NCBI RefSeq assembly: GCF_009914755.1
Contig: NC_060927.1
Strand: one strand, 5' to 3'
Length of the DNA: 64,000 bases
From: the human T2T-CHM13v2.0 reference genome, Homo sapiens
This document shows positions 29,126-48,860 of this stretch, piece after piece. A program made the position numbers and the translations under genes. The notes under the pieces were generated by a model that was given only the letters and a program-made list of their open reading frames with translations, did no database searches and was not told where the DNA came from. Position 1 is the stretch's first letter, and every line of letters starts with the position of its first letter.

Positions 29126-30794
29126 TGTCTATTAATTAAAAAAACAGTTATGGGCCCTCAATGTTTCAAAGGTAATAGACACTTAGATTCTTAGATACTT
29201 AGATGCTTACATAAAGTCCCAAACTGTTGATGGACAACAGCAAGAAAATGGGGACTAAAAACAAATATCTCTTTGAGAAAGAAATCAGTTTTACAATGAT
29301 CCAGAGAGAAATAGTAATGACACTAGGGTTCAGAGAATTAAGAGTTAAAAGAGATAGATATGTCCTAGTGTCATTATTTTTTCTCTCTGGATTATTGTAA
29401 AACTCTGATTTCTTTACGGCCTTTGATGACTACTACTCTTCTTTATCTTGGGAATATACTAGTTTAACTTTCCAAAACCTAAGTAAGAATGCCATAGAAC
29501 ATAATCAGATTATGGCCAAGAAACCTCAGACTTTTAATATTTATCTTAAACATTCAATTCTATAATTTAAAAAATATTAACTAGGCTTATATAATTTTTA
29601 TAACATTATCTAGGCTTCATAAGAAGCAGCTAATACAAAAGGATATTTAGTCTATAATGTATTTCAGTTGTAATTTTATGTTTACATCATATTTATATAT
29701 CTCCAATCTTAGTCTGGGTAGCAAAATCCTTCAGTGTAATAAGAAAGAAGAATGCAGCTATTTTAGGTCTTGTTGTAAAGATCCAAGTTCTGATATAAAT
29801 TGAAAGCACCATATCAATTTTGCCTTTTGTGGTAGTAATTCTGTGGTCATCAGTGAAAAGAAACTTGTTTTTTTTTTTAAACCGCTTGTTCTGGATAATA
29901 AAACCTTGTTTGTCATTTAGTTAAAAGCCAAATAGGCTGAGCAGACATTGGACTTTCAGTATGAACCTGGATGAGATCAGAGACAATAATTTATTCTTAA
30001 TTGCCTGTAGTATGTCAGGGTGACCCCTACCCATGTGTTTCCCACTTACCTAATATGGATGACCTGTCTTCCAGTAACAGTGAAGTTTCCATTTTGCATG
30101 GCCACTTAGCACATGCATTTAGGCAGAGGGAAGACAGCATTTCCTTAATATTCTATGCAGTCCCACTCCAGACCAATTTACTGTTACTTCTGGAAGGGTC
30201 ATTGGTCTCCTGAGAGTGAGAATGCAGAGAGAGCTTGGCCTCACTCTAAGTCTATCTTAGTGCAAGGATGGACAGCTTTCCTTTTGGAAGAGTATGACAT
30301 GCTGGGCTTTTCTCAGCTAAGCCTGTATCCTGCCCTTCCCAGCTGCATGCATAGGCCAAGGCTTGCCATTGTCTCAGCTGGCTCAGGTCATCAATCTGAA
30401 AATTAAATGAAGTTAAAACCACAGAGTTTAGTTATTTAATACTCTAGTTGAATTTTCCTACAACCATTTCAATTAGGAAGAAAAATCATACTGGACATAA
30501 TGCAACTTAGAACGTTTAAAAAATTGCAAACATCCATGTAGATCTCATATGTATATCTATTTAAAGTATCCTTACCCTTTAGTCAGGTCAAATGTTAATT
30601 TTCATTTGAGGATATTTTCAAAGACCTTTGTATAAGTTACAGTGTCTCAAAGCCAAAATTGCTTGCCAAGGGGAAGATTTAGCTCACACAATGTAGTTAC
30701 TGTCAAAAACTTCAACTTGAAATTCATCTTTTTCTTGGGGCTTTTATCATAGAAGTTCTGTGAAGGCAGATTTTTTTTTTTTTTAAATTTGTTA

Positions 30795-31230
30795 TTACTA
30801 GTGGGAGTGTAGACTGGTGCAGCCATTATGGAGAACTCTTTGGCAGGACCTAGTCCAATTCAGTATATGCGTGTCATATGACCCAGCAAGTTCACATCAG
30901 AGGGCATGGGTGCTGATGTTTGTCTCATTATTATTTGTGGGGGCATCTGTTAGAGGCAATCTGAGTGTTCAGTGCTGGGGAAATAGGTAAAATAGGGTAA
31001 ACACTTATTATCTGCACTTCTGGCACAGTCATACCCATAACCACATAGATTGATCTTAAAAACATAGTACTGACTAAAAAGATTAGAATGAGATATACAT
31101 AAATTTAATATACATATTCACAAAATAACTATATATTTTTATAGGAATACATAATTCATATTAAACATGTCAGAAGTGGTTGCCTGTGAGGATGGGAAAT
31201 GGGTACGAAAGGGAATAAATAAATTACACA
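30795..31230 (+). mobile_element. L1ME 3' fragment
   Basis: GTGGGAGTGTAGACTGGTGCAGCCATTATGGA, CATATGACCCAGCA, GATCTTAAAAACATAGT. Confidence 0.65.
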
Positions 31231-31540
31231 AACAAAAGAGGGGCCTTGTTTGAACCAGTAAAAAATTCATCTAACAAGCTCAACTGGCTGTTGATAGAAA
31301 TCATTGTACGAATTTCCACTGATACGACACACATAAACAGCAACCTTCCTCAGTGGTCTCATACCTTGTGACCCAGTGGTCTCATACTTTGGACTCGTTA
31401 GTTTCTATCCATGGCATACTCAGCTTATACTTTCCTTCAGATCCTTGGTACCCCTTGGAAAATCACTGAGGTTGTATGGATTTTATTTCTAGCCCACTCT
31501 TGACCCAATTTGCAACATTCCAGTTATAGATTGACAAAAA

Positions 31541-31541
<1 letters not shown>

Positions 31542-31574
<33 letters not shown>

Positions 31575-31600
31575 CGCGCGCGCGCGCACACACACACACA
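31542..31600. repeat. Compound microsatellite (AC)15-(GC)7-(AC)6
   Basis: Read directly from the sequence. Confidence 0.95.
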
Positions 31601-31921
31601 GCCAGTGCCTGATTTAAATAGAGAAGGACATAGAAACTAATTGGAAGTAGGATGGCCACAGATATCATGGCAAGGCTTATTCATGGCCCCTAGTTCCCTG
31701 TTGAAGCACAACAGGTCCTGCAGACTGGGGCACTTCTGTTATACCATGTATCTTTCATGATCAAAGCTTACATCATTTTTCCAGCAGAACTTTTATTTCT
31801 GTTTAAGGGAAGGTTGATAAGCCTTATGCTTTTCATTGTGAATCATATATCATCAGCAGGCCACATTCTCATCTGGGGCAAGGACATAGTCACAGAACAG
31901 ATGCTTCTAAAGAAGATCTTT

Positions 31922-32334
<413 letters not shown>

Positions 32335-32649
32335 TTAGCAGCACTGTGAGAAGATCAAGTTGGACCGTTTAGTTGTGGAAAATTATAACGTCAATAGTTT
32401 TAGGTCTTTTGGCCTGCTAAAACTCTTCAGGGAAAGTAAAGGCTTTGTCGCCAACTTTCTGGTAACTGCATGGGGGAAAAATCTGGAAGTCTTAATGTAT
32501 AGTATGGATACATTTAATGAATTGTTCTGTTTTCAGTATGATGCCCCATCCCATTCTCAACTACACTTGGTGTCCTCTTATTTTACCATCTCCAAAATTT
32601 AAAAAATAAGCTATTTTGCCAGGATAGGAGAGGGTATTTAGGGAAGCTT

Positions 32650-33460
32650 ACTGCTCATTTATTTCTTTTGTCCATTTTTCTATTTTGCTGTTTTTCTCTT
32701 GTCAATTTATGAGACCATTTGTCTATTTACTTTAAAGTATTTTTTGTCTATTTACTTTACGTCTATAATTTGTGTTTTGCTTTATAATTCTTCATCCAAA
32801 TAATTTTAAATTTTTATATAGTTAAATATGTCCAGATATCCTTTTGATAAATGTCAGGCTTCCTCTCTTGGTTAAGAAAGTCTCTACTATTTCTGTATTT
32901 TACATGTAGTCTCTTGAATTTTTTTCCAAGATTAAAAACAATTCTTAGAAAACCAAGTACCACATGTTCTCACTTATAAGGGGTAGCTAAGTTATGGGTA
33001 TGCAACGGCATACAGAGTGGTATAATGGACACTGGAGACTCAGGAGTGGGGAGGGTGGCAGGGGAGAGACATAAAAATCTACCTAATGGATATAAGGTAC
33101 ACCTAATGGATGTAAGGTGATGGGTACAATAAAATCCCAGACTTTGCCACTATACAATTCATCCATGTAACCAAAACCCATAAAGCTATTGAAATAAAGA
33201 ATAAAAAATAAAAAATTATTTATATTTTACACTTGATCTCTATGCATCTGTAATTTTTTTAAAGTAATGTGATAGGCATTATTTTCTTCCATATGAATAG
33301 CCAGCCAGTTCTAAGTATTACTCACAAAATAAACCATTTCTACTTGTTAAATTAAAAATAGTACTTTGCTTTAAATTTTATTATCATTTATAATGGGATG
33401 CTATTTCTTGATTGTCGATTCCGTTCTACTGATCTCTTTGTTCCTGCACAAATATCACAT
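32650..33460 (-). mobile_element. Old L1ME ORF2 fragment hosting an L1PB 3' end
   Basis: TTTTAAATTTTTATATAGTTAAAT, TTCTTGATTGTCGATTCCGTTCTACTGATCT antisense ORF2 pattern. Confidence 0.55.
32946..33215 (+). mobile_element. L1PB-type 3' end
   Basis: CACATGTTCTCACTTATAAG, GGCATACAGAGTGGTATAATGGAC, CCACTATACAATTCATCCATGTAACCAAAA and A-rich tail. Confidence 0.85.
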
Positions 33461-33469
33461 TGATTGGCC

Positions 33470-34440
33470 CCCTGGACAAAGGAAAGATCCTGTGGGTATC
33501 CAGACCAAACAAGTCAAATACAAAGTATCCCAAATCAGGATAATTTCAGAATAACTAACCCAGGAAGCTAGAAGGCACTGGAGGCAACATCTTTAAAAAT
33601 ATGGAGGAAAATGTTTCTAATCTAGAAATTCTGTTGCAGAGGAATGATCAGTCAAGTGTGGTGATAGAATACAGGCAGTTTAAGACATGCAAGATTCCAA
33701 AATACTTACCTCATGCACTCTTTCTTGGAAAGCTACTGCCCTCCAAAAAAGTCAGGGAAAAGACCAATATAGAGGAAAACAAGGGATACCAGAAAGAGCA
33801 ATGCACTAGAGGAGAGAGGCAAAGGAAGCCCCCAGGAGGTTGTGAAGGAAGAGCCCAGGAGAGGCGTGGTGCATCAGGCAGAGATGAAAACCAGTGTGGA
33901 TTAGAGCAGGTCAGAAATATCCAAGACAGGCTTCTTCAGGAGGATGAAACTGTTAGAAATCAGATGTGTCTGATTGTCCCGAGAGGAGACTGAGGAAACT
34001 GACAGAATTAGGGCTAGAATTAGTGGTAAATATGTAGAACACAAAGCAAATGATTAAACAGTAACAAAATTACTTCACCTTCCAGAGAAAATTAAAAAAT
34101 GCATGAAAGGAAAAATGAATACAGTTCATGTCATAGCTCATCTATGGATGGTATTTATATAACTGTACTATCGAAGTCCATGATTGTTGATCTTCCTTGT
34201 ATTACTTTATTAGTGGTGAGAAAATGGACAGGGCCCAGTGTGTGGCAGGAGCAGGAGGATGCAGATCTTTGTCTTCCATAATTGGAGATAACACATGGAA
34301 AAATCAAAATAGTATAAACATATTATTTAGAGCTGGGATAGATAGTCTAAAATAATTACTCAAAAGAGATGCAAATGATTGCCTTCAGGAGGGAAAAAAT
34401 TAGAGGCGGGAGCCAAGGAAGTGCTATTTTTCATAAACAA
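33470..34440 (+). mobile_element. HAL1 (half-L1) remnant
   Basis: ORF1-like GGAAGCTAGAAGGCACTGGAGGCAACATCTTTAAA, CATGCACTCTTTCTTGGAAAGCTACTG, with no ORF2 downstream. Confidence 0.6.
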
Positions 34441-36289
34441 AAAAACCCAGAAAAGTAAGCAAAGTAATTTTCAAATCAAAACTTCCCAGGTGCATTTTGT
34501 TCTGTTTTCAGTTATTATGTGCATGATTATTTTGATACTACTTTAGAAAATGTTTTAAAAACTAGCATGAAATTTAGTGATTCCTACTGTCCACAATAAC
34601 AGTATCATTCCAAAATTCAGCTTCCTCTTGGATCTAGTGTCCACTTCTTCCCCGGACAGTAGAAGTGGGTAAGTAAATACCTTGAGAAACAGAGTCCCAA
34701 CATGGGAGGCAATGCAGGGTTCAGATAAGTAGTTCTTCACTTTGGTTCAGATTAAAATGGTGGATGCATATATATAAAGCATGCCTGCTGTATTTTTGTC
34801 CTTGCTGCATTTCTGGCTTCAAGCAAAAGTACTAAAAATCAGTGAGCTTTTCTGAAACTTTCAGTCCTGGTGTTCAGATTCAAGACTTTAATAAGTTCAA
34901 GTCAGTTTGGGAAAAAGCAGCTCAACTCTGATTCAGACTTCTGTCTTAGGAAGTTTGACTTCCTGCTTTTTATCGTCTCACATCTTTTCTAAAGGTATGT
35001 GTTTTCTTTCTCTGGTTCACATGCCTGCCAATTAATTTGTATCAAAGCCTGCTCCTCTTCTTTCAACATGGATCTGTTCAGAGAAGCATTTCAGGGGCAA
35101 GTGACCACCTACTCTTTTACGCTGTTCCATTAAATGTGCCTCTGTGTCATCTTTATCCATCTCTGTGGGCTTTTAAATCTGGAGTCCTTCAACAATGGCA
35201 TCTTTGTTCTCTATCCAGTGGATGACTCTTACCATTGGAAAGCGGCGTTACGGGAACATGAAGGGATGGTGTTAATTTATGTGATTCAGCGTTGAGAGGT
35301 ATAATCTTAACCTAGAAGGGGAAAAAATGTGACTTAGGGAAATGTGTATAATATATTTTAACATCTATGGGATTATGCTGTAATTTGGTTTCACATTTTA
35401 TTCACATTCTATGTGTGCATGTTTTCCTGTCAGTGATCAGTTATGTCACAAGGCTTTGGACATTTTTGGGCATGGTTGTTAATGGCCTCATGGTTTGATT
35501 CCTTTTCCTCTGTGTTTGGCCAAATGTGTGTAATATGTATATGTCACCCAGAAAGAAACACTCAGGGTCCATGCAATTCATAGTCTTCTTTCAATAATAA
35601 CTCCATAACTATTGTTGGTTGAGCATATTTGAATCCACATTCTTATTGATACATATATACAATTGAGTATACAAGTGGGTTCTGGTATTGTTGACTACTT
35701 CCTTAGTAAGGTAACATGATAACCCTAACAAGTATGGCTAAATGAATATTTTGTTGCAGTATGGATACTCTTTTCTTTTTCTAATTGGTCTGTTCTGAAT
35801 TGTGATGCCCGTTTCTTGCCTCCAGGCCTTTATTGCTGAATACTGCTATGTATTCATACACTTATTCAAAGTATGGTCTTTAAGTCCTGAGGTTTTATCA
35901 ATTAAGGCCTGTGTAAAGCTTGGGTCCCCTAGGTATGCTCTGCAGATTGTTCTATGGAGCACTACAGTTCTATGTCTTTCCCTGAGCACCCAAGTTTGTA
36001 TTGGTAGTTCTTTGGTGCTGCACACTCTTTGCAGGATCATGCTTGGGTAGTGAAGTGCTCTTAATGCTGTGGCCACTGGAGGGAGAAGTGAATACTACTT
36101 TCATGGGAAGAATCTTTTTCTGCTTAGAGTCTTGTCTTAAAACTCAACTGTTCTTTCCTCAAGCTTCAGCACTTCCTGTGGATCAACATTAGCTCAGGTC
36201 AGTATTATTTAATCACTTAGTGTCTATCTGCAATGGGAGGTGATGGAGGGGGAGTTATACATATGTGTGTGTATATGTGTAAGTATAAA

Positions 36290-36303
36290 TGGGTATATAT
36301 ATT

Positions 36304-36343
<40 letters not shown>
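36290..36343. repeat. (TA)n microsatellite
   Basis: ~17 TA units at 36309-36343. Confidence 0.95.
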
Positions 36344-36347
<4 letters not shown>

Positions 36348-36649
36348 GATGTAAAATCACAAAAATTTATACTGAGTATGCCAATGGGAATGGGTCTTCC
36401 AGCCCAGTATTCAGTTTTCTTAGCAAAGAGCCAAGGGGAATTGTGGGGAAGAGAATATGGTATTTGTTCTCTCACTTCTATGTCTCAAAATGTGCAGAAT
36501 TCAGAATGACCTTAGCTTTTTCTTTGTCGTCTATTTTGATGCTATTATCTAGAAATTGTAAATAAAATCTTTTTGGGATATATTTCTTCATGCATTTTAC
36601 ATATTTTCTATGTGGATATATAACTCTTAGAATGGGAAATATATGCTAA

Positions 36650-38600
36650 GTCTTTATTTTCAACCTATCTGTCTTTAATATAAGGTGCTTTTTTATTAAA
36701 TGGCAAATATTTGGGTCTTGTGCTTTTTAACCAGTCTGAAAATGTTTGCCTTTTACATGGAGTGCTTACTTTCTTTATGGTTAATGTAATTATTGATGTG
36801 GTTGAATTTTGGTCTGCCATCTTGGTATTTGATTCTATTTGTCCCATCTTTTCCTTAACCCTTGATGCCTTCTTTTCTGATTCTTTGAATCACTGTATTC
36901 AGCATTTCTTTTAATTTGCTCTATTGATGTCTTATTTATACCTCTTTGTGTAATTTTTAGTGGTTGCTCTAGAGATAATGTAATTTGAAGGTAAACTCTT
37001 TAAAAGCACATGAAAATGTTAGAAGCTTATGTCAGTGTAATTCAATTCTTGCCCCCACCAGCTCTTCCAGTTGGTTCTTGACTATAGTTTCTGTCTCTGC
37101 TAAAATTCCTTATCAGCTCATATATGTTAAAATTTTATAACTAGTTTCTTTTATGTATTTATCATAATTATTTTAAAGTCCCTGTTTGGTAAATCCAATA
37201 TCTGAACTCTCTCCAGATTTGCTTTTATTCCCATTTTTCTCCTTCTGGATCATGGGCCACATTTTTCTTGCTTCTTCACATCTCATAATTTTATAAATTT
37301 TATGCCAAGCATTATACGCAAAAGAGTAGTATAAACAATACTTACCACCATACAAGTGATATTGCTTCTTCTTTCAAGCTGTTAATGTGAGGAACAAAAT
37401 CAATCTAATCTGTAGTTGTACTGGATCTAGGCTTTGTCCACTTTTAGTTACACGCAGTTACTGCTGGCTTCACATGTTTGAAATTAGGTTTAAGATGTGT
37501 CCTTCGGCAGAGTCTGGTGAGACTCCAGAGATCCTGTTTGCCAGCTTTAAGTGTCACTGGGAGTTCTCTTTGACTTTTAGTCCTGCCCCTAATTTTCTGC
37601 ACTGCAGAGACCTCTCTCCCCCTAGCTGCCCTGCCCTTGCCTCTGGAGGACTGTTGAACTATCCTCTGTTAAGGCCCAGAGTACTTTGGAGAGATTTTTC
37701 TTGGCATTAAGAGAACTGCTTCAGGCACTTCGTTATTTATGTAAGATACTTTAATAAGTTGAGGTAAAATTCACATAATATGAAATTAACCACTTTAAAA
37801 TGAAGGATTCAGTAGCATTTAGTGTATTCACAATATTTTGCAAATACCACCTCTATCTAGTTCCAAAACATTTCCATCATTCCAAAATTAAACTCTTTAC
37901 CCATTAAGCAGTTTGTCCCAACTAGCACCCTCTCTCCAGCCTGTGGCAACCACCAATGTGTGCTCCGTCTCTATGGATTTATATGTTCTAGATATTTCAT
38001 ATAAATGGAATCATAAAATACACAATGCTTTCTGTCTGGCTTCTATGACTTAGCATAATGTTTTGGAGGTTTCTGTTGGTGTTGTGCCCTGCTCTCAGTT
38101 TTCAGAGTCCATGCCCTTCACTTGGTGAAGGTCTGGAGTGACTTGGAGGGATTTCTTTCCATTTTTCTGGCTTGCCCTCAGGCTTCCTGGTATTTGTCTT
38201 TGGCGAAGGCTCTCTCAGCTCTCCTTACCTACCCTTGACACTCAAGTCCCATGGAAACGAGCTCACAGGTTGGGGAAGACTTGCCTGTGATTAGGGTTCC
38301 TGAGGTTCTCATTCATCACACCATCCCACGGGGTCATTAAAGGTTCCTTCAAAGTTTGGCTAGTTTCTCCTTATCCCTGTCTTTGGCAGATTTGTCTTCT
38401 TTTGGCTGTTCTGTCAGGGAGTAAAGAAACAGTGGCTCTCTTCTCTCCCAGATGGATTAATCACTTTCTGGAGTTTAGTTTATTTGGGTTTCTTTGCATC
38501 CTCAGCAATCTGATGAACCTTTAAAAAAATGTAAACTTGTAAATTGTTGAGCTTGTTTTAATGGCTAGGTTTGAGGTGGCAGTGTCTTGTGACTCTCTAT
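36650..38600 (-). mobile_element. Old L1M 5' region through the ORF2 endonuclease start
   Basis: ORF 36665-36847(-) ...NSTTSIITLTI...PCKRQTFSDWLK resembles the L1 ORF2 N-terminus (NSHITILTLN...PIKR...WIK). Confidence 0.7.
37745..38070 (-). mobile_element. L1MB 3' end nested in the older L1
   Basis: GCATTTAGTGTATTCACAAT, TAGTTCCAAAACATTTCCATCA, GATATTTCATATAAATGGAATCAT. Confidence 0.85.
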
Positions 38601-38689
38601 TTATTCTTTTAAAAATTATAATATATATTTATTCTTAAAATGCATTTTATTTATATATTCATTCATTGTTTTTGAAGTCTCAGATAATT

Positions 38690-43030
<4,341 letters not shown>

Positions 43031-43359
43031 TATATTATATTTTACATATAAAATACATCACTGTAATGTAAATTATGAAATAGACTCTTATGAAGCTACA
43101 GCCAACTTAATGACAAAAACATCATGCTGCTCCTCAATCCCATCCTTTTGCTTCCTCTTTAAGAGTTTACTACCAGCACACATTTCTCATTTATGACTTT
43201 CTTACATTGAAAAACATTTTTCCACATAAGTATGCATCCCTACAAAATATATTCCTTAGTTTTACCTGTTTTCAAGCTCAAGTGATTGTCCACATTGAAA
43301 ACAAATAAAATTGAATCCTTACTTTAGTCCATACCCCCAAGTCAATTTCCTTACTCTTT

Positions 43360-44905
<1,546 letters not shown>

Positions 44906-44916
44906 CTGTTATTCTC

Positions 44917-45837
44917 TGTCTTAGTTTCCTGGGGCTGCTATAACAAATTACCACAAACTAGAATGCTTAAAACAACAGAATCTTATTCCCTCACAGTTCT
45001 TGAGGGCAGATGTCCAAAATGAAGGTGTTGGCAGGGACATACTCCTTCCAGAAGCTTTAAGGAAGAATCCATGCTTTGCCTCTTCCAGCTTCTGGTCACT
45101 GTCAGCATTCCTTGACTTGTGGCTGCATCACTCCAGTCTCTGCCTCCATGGTCACATTGCCTCCCACCTTCTGTTTGTGTTATCTTTCTTTGCTTTTCTC
45201 ATATAAGAATACTTGCGATGACCATTGTATACATGTATTGAAATATCACCCTGTATCCCATAAATATGTACAGGTATTATGTTTCTACTAAAAATAAAAG
45301 GAAAAAACTCAGTTGCACCCTACACTTCACATTTTAAAATGATTAAAAAGCACAACTTTTTTCTCTTTAGATACCTTGGGGTTCCTTCTTTTGAGGTGGT
45401 ATGAAGCGGTCTTGCATTATATCATAGGATGAAGAGGAAAGATATAAACAAGGTATAAACTGTGATAATTGTGAATTGAGCCTCTTCAGGCTGCATTTCA
45501 TGTGCATGAACGAAATCTTAACTAGTATCTTTATTCAGACACAGAAACCTGAATGGATGAATATTCAAAATGTGTTGATGAGTTCCACACCCTCTTTCAA
45601 ACATAAGTGCCAAGTCCTTCCCTTAATTATACCCTGAGCAAAATAAGTTATGTAGAAGAAGAAGTAAAAAGAGTACTTGTGATGGCATTTTGGGCCACCA
45701 GATAATTTGAGGTAATCTTAACTCAAGATCCTTTTTTCAATCACATCTGCATAGACCCTTTTCCCAAATAAGAACATTAACACATTTCAGAGATTATGAC
45801 TTGATGTCTTTGGGTGGCCATTATTCAACCTACTACA
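44917..45837 (-). mobile_element. MLT1C solo LTR split by an L1-derived insertion
   Basis: TGTCTTAGTTTCCTGGGGCTGCTATAACAAATTACCAC...GCCATTATTCAACCTACTACA; near-TSD TTCTC/TACTC. Confidence 0.85.
45221..45668 (+). mobile_element. L1MA-type extreme 3' end (~80 bp) plus ~350 bp of putatively transduced unique DNA
   Basis: CATTGTATACATGTATTGAAATATCACCCTGTATCCCATAAATATGTAC..AAAAATAAAA; the whole block is flanked by a 14/16-identical TSD. Confidence 0.75.
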
Positions 45838-45942
45838 TACTCTATCTGGCTTTCTGATCATCAAATTCAGAATAATTTTTCTATACAAAATAAATTTTAT
45901 ATTTATTTTTTATTTTCTAGTTTATCGTCAGTTTTCTTTATG

Positions 45943-46267
45943 CCAGTGCTATGCAATAGAAATGTAATGAGAGCCACATATATAGCTTTAAATTTTCTAG
46001 CAGCCACATTAAAAAGTGAAAAGAAACAAGTGAAGTTAAGTATAATAGCATATTTTATTTAACTGAATGTATGCAAAATATTATCATTTAAACATGAAAT
46101 CAATATGAAAATTATTACTGAGAGGTTTTGCTTTTTTGGGGGGTACAAAGTCTCCTAAATCTGTCTGGTGTATATTTTGTACTCACAACACATCTCTATT
46201 CAGACTGGCTACATTTCAAGTACTCAGCCACAAATGAATAGCAGCTAGTACTGAATTGGACAGTCAG
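45943..46267. mobile_element. MER33 hAT-Charlie element
   Basis: CAGTGCTATGCAATAGAAATGTAATGAGAGCCACATA...GGCTACATTTCAAGTACTCAG...TTGGACAG. Confidence 0.8.
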
Positions 46268-48116
46268 CTCTAGACATGTAAAACACGTCTATTGTGCTTT
46301 TCAGGGCCAACACAGTGCTTGAAACATTAGAAATGCTGTATATATGAATATATATGATACACACATGCTATGCATATATATGAATAAGTTATTGGATGAG
46401 TAAAAGAAGACCAGCAAAATCTCATGCCCAAATATATTACATTTCCTTTAACATCAAAATAGATATCTATTTGCAGAGCCACATTTATCTGAATTTAACT
46501 GTGAGTGGAAAGTTAAGAATTAGTGATTATAAAACAGCTTTTTCTGTACATCAGCTTATTTTTTTGCTTGTGCTATTTCTCTGGATGATAAATTTCACAA
46601 CTTATTCTAGTATATAAGAATGTTTTATGTAAACTTTAGGGGCATTTGTGAATGTTTAATATTCTAGGATTTGGTGAATTGTATCTTAATGCATATTTAT
46701 TGTAATATTTTCTTTAGTTGTGGTGAATTCGGTGAACCAAAATTTCTATGGAATTTGTCCTCTTAAATATTTATTGCCACATAATATTTTAGGTTTGAAC
46801 AGTGGGGAGATACAGCATCTCATAGAGAAATCAGAACACGAATGAAATTCAGCCTATAATAGTTTATATATCATTTTGAACTGACTAAAGCTAGGCAAAT
46901 CATGCATATTCACTTAAAAATATTAAGTTATAGAGGGCAAATTTTTATTTAATAATAGAATAAAATGAAAACCTCCTAAATCAGTGGGAAGAATCCTCAG
47001 AAGTGGAAGGAAAACTCTACATCAACTTAAACATTTCAAGACAACCAATTTCACTAATTTAAAACAACTTCCAGAGCCAAGGATCCAAGCAAATGAGCCT
47101 TTCTCTTTAAACATTCTCACTCATCTTGGGAGCATTAAAATTAGTAGAACTTATGATCTTGAGTTCTATTCATTTGAGAATGTGTTTTCAGTAAGCACAC
47201 ATATTGGGGTTGGGATCTGACAGTCCCTTATATATAACCACCATGAATACACATTGAATTTTTTACCATTAATATTTCAAGGGGTTTGATTCATAATTTT
47301 ACAAGCTGAACACCCCCATGAATTGAACTAATATTGAAAAAAAATCTTACTGCAGACCAATGGGATGCACTATATTCATAACATATTAATATTAAAAGTA
47401 ATAAGACAATATTTCAACCCACAGCCTGATCCTTTTCTATAGAACTCTGGAGTGGGTAAGGTGATAGGAAATGCAGTGGAGAGGAGGAGGGAAGGATTAG
47501 AGAAGTCTTAGGATCATGTTTTGCAAAGATCTCATCGATGAGTGGGTCAGGACTTCATTTCTGCGAAGCAAATTTTAAAAATTGATTATCACCAAATCTT
47601 CTCTGACATGATCGTTTTGCCTAGATCTATCAGTGTCTACTTTCCCCAGTTCCATCTACTGTAGTTTCTGACACCTTCCCCCAGGAAGCATAGCCTGGTT
47701 CAGATTTTGAGCCAGTTTTGATGAAGGCAGGAGGTACACTCAGCACCTCAATTTTGCCAGTCAGTGGTATCTGAGTGTAGTTGTGTTACCATAGAATTAT
47801 TTTTCATTGTACTTAGGAAAAGCTTTAAAAGCTGGATGAGGCCACTCAACATGGTGCTTTCCTTACATACCCTGCGTCACACTCTTTTTCCCCATTGGAA
47901 TGCTGTTAGCCCACCTTTGTCAGTCTTTTATACCTGGAGGTGGATGTTATCTTTCAATTACAATGAAAGATAAAAAACAACACAAACCTTAGACCTGCTT
48001 CTCCAGGATTTAACTGTGGTGGTTTTTGGTTTTTAACTGTGTGGTTTTTATAAGATCATCTTATTAGAATGGGCCTTAGGTGGTATGTGAAAGCCACATC
48101 TAAGAACTTATAAATT

Positions 48117-48244
48117 GATTTATTTATTTACAGACAGGGTCTTGCTCTGTTGCCTAGGCTGGTCTTGAACTCCTGGCCTCAAGCAATTTACATGCCTTGG
48201 CCTCCCAAAGTATTGGGATTACAGGCATGAGCCACCGGGCCTGG
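48117..48244 (-). mobile_element. FLAM / Alu left monomer
   Basis: Single monomer; TSD AACTTATAAAT at 48105 and 48246. Confidence 0.9.
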
Positions 48245-48714
48245 TAACTTATAAATATTGATATCAAAGGGTGAGAAGTAGGTAATGATCATTTTAAGAA
48301 TTGTGTAAATTTCTGAGTAATAAGCTCAAAATTTAATAGATGCCATATAATTTGAACTTAAAATAATCTCTAAGCATGTTTATAAAAATTACATGTGTTG
48401 ATGAAGATTTTTTACTAAAAGAATTTTTGGTATTTTCAGTGTTTACTTATGCAATGAAGTATTTAAACGTTTAAAGAACTATAAAATGGCCTAACCCTGA
48501 GAACTTGAGACTACCTAAAATAAATGCTAATAAAATATTAAAGGACAGATCAAATACATCAAAAGTCTAAAAGAAGTTCATCACACTGTAGAAAAACTTC
48601 GATGAAGAAAGAACAGTGACTTGGAACAAGAAGAGAAAAACTTCACAGGACTAAAGAAATAGAAGAACACACATAAATGATTGTAAATTGCAATCATGTA
48701 GAAGAACATAATAC

Positions 48715-48860
48715 AATAAGTATGTTATAATGTGATTTTATTATAATATACATTACATAATATATACATGTTTCATATAATACAGTTATAAACATGTAAT
48801 ATGTGTAATACAAAATGTGATATATATTATGGTATGTACTTTATTATAATATAATATGTG
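48715..48860. repeat. AT-rich low-complexity tract
   Basis: Degenerate TATAAT/TATGT units. Confidence 0.7.

Noticed and set aside
33601-33993. 130 aa ATG-initiated ORF
   Set aside because: Lies within a decayed HAL1/L1 ORF1 remnant; purine-rich composition explains the open frame.
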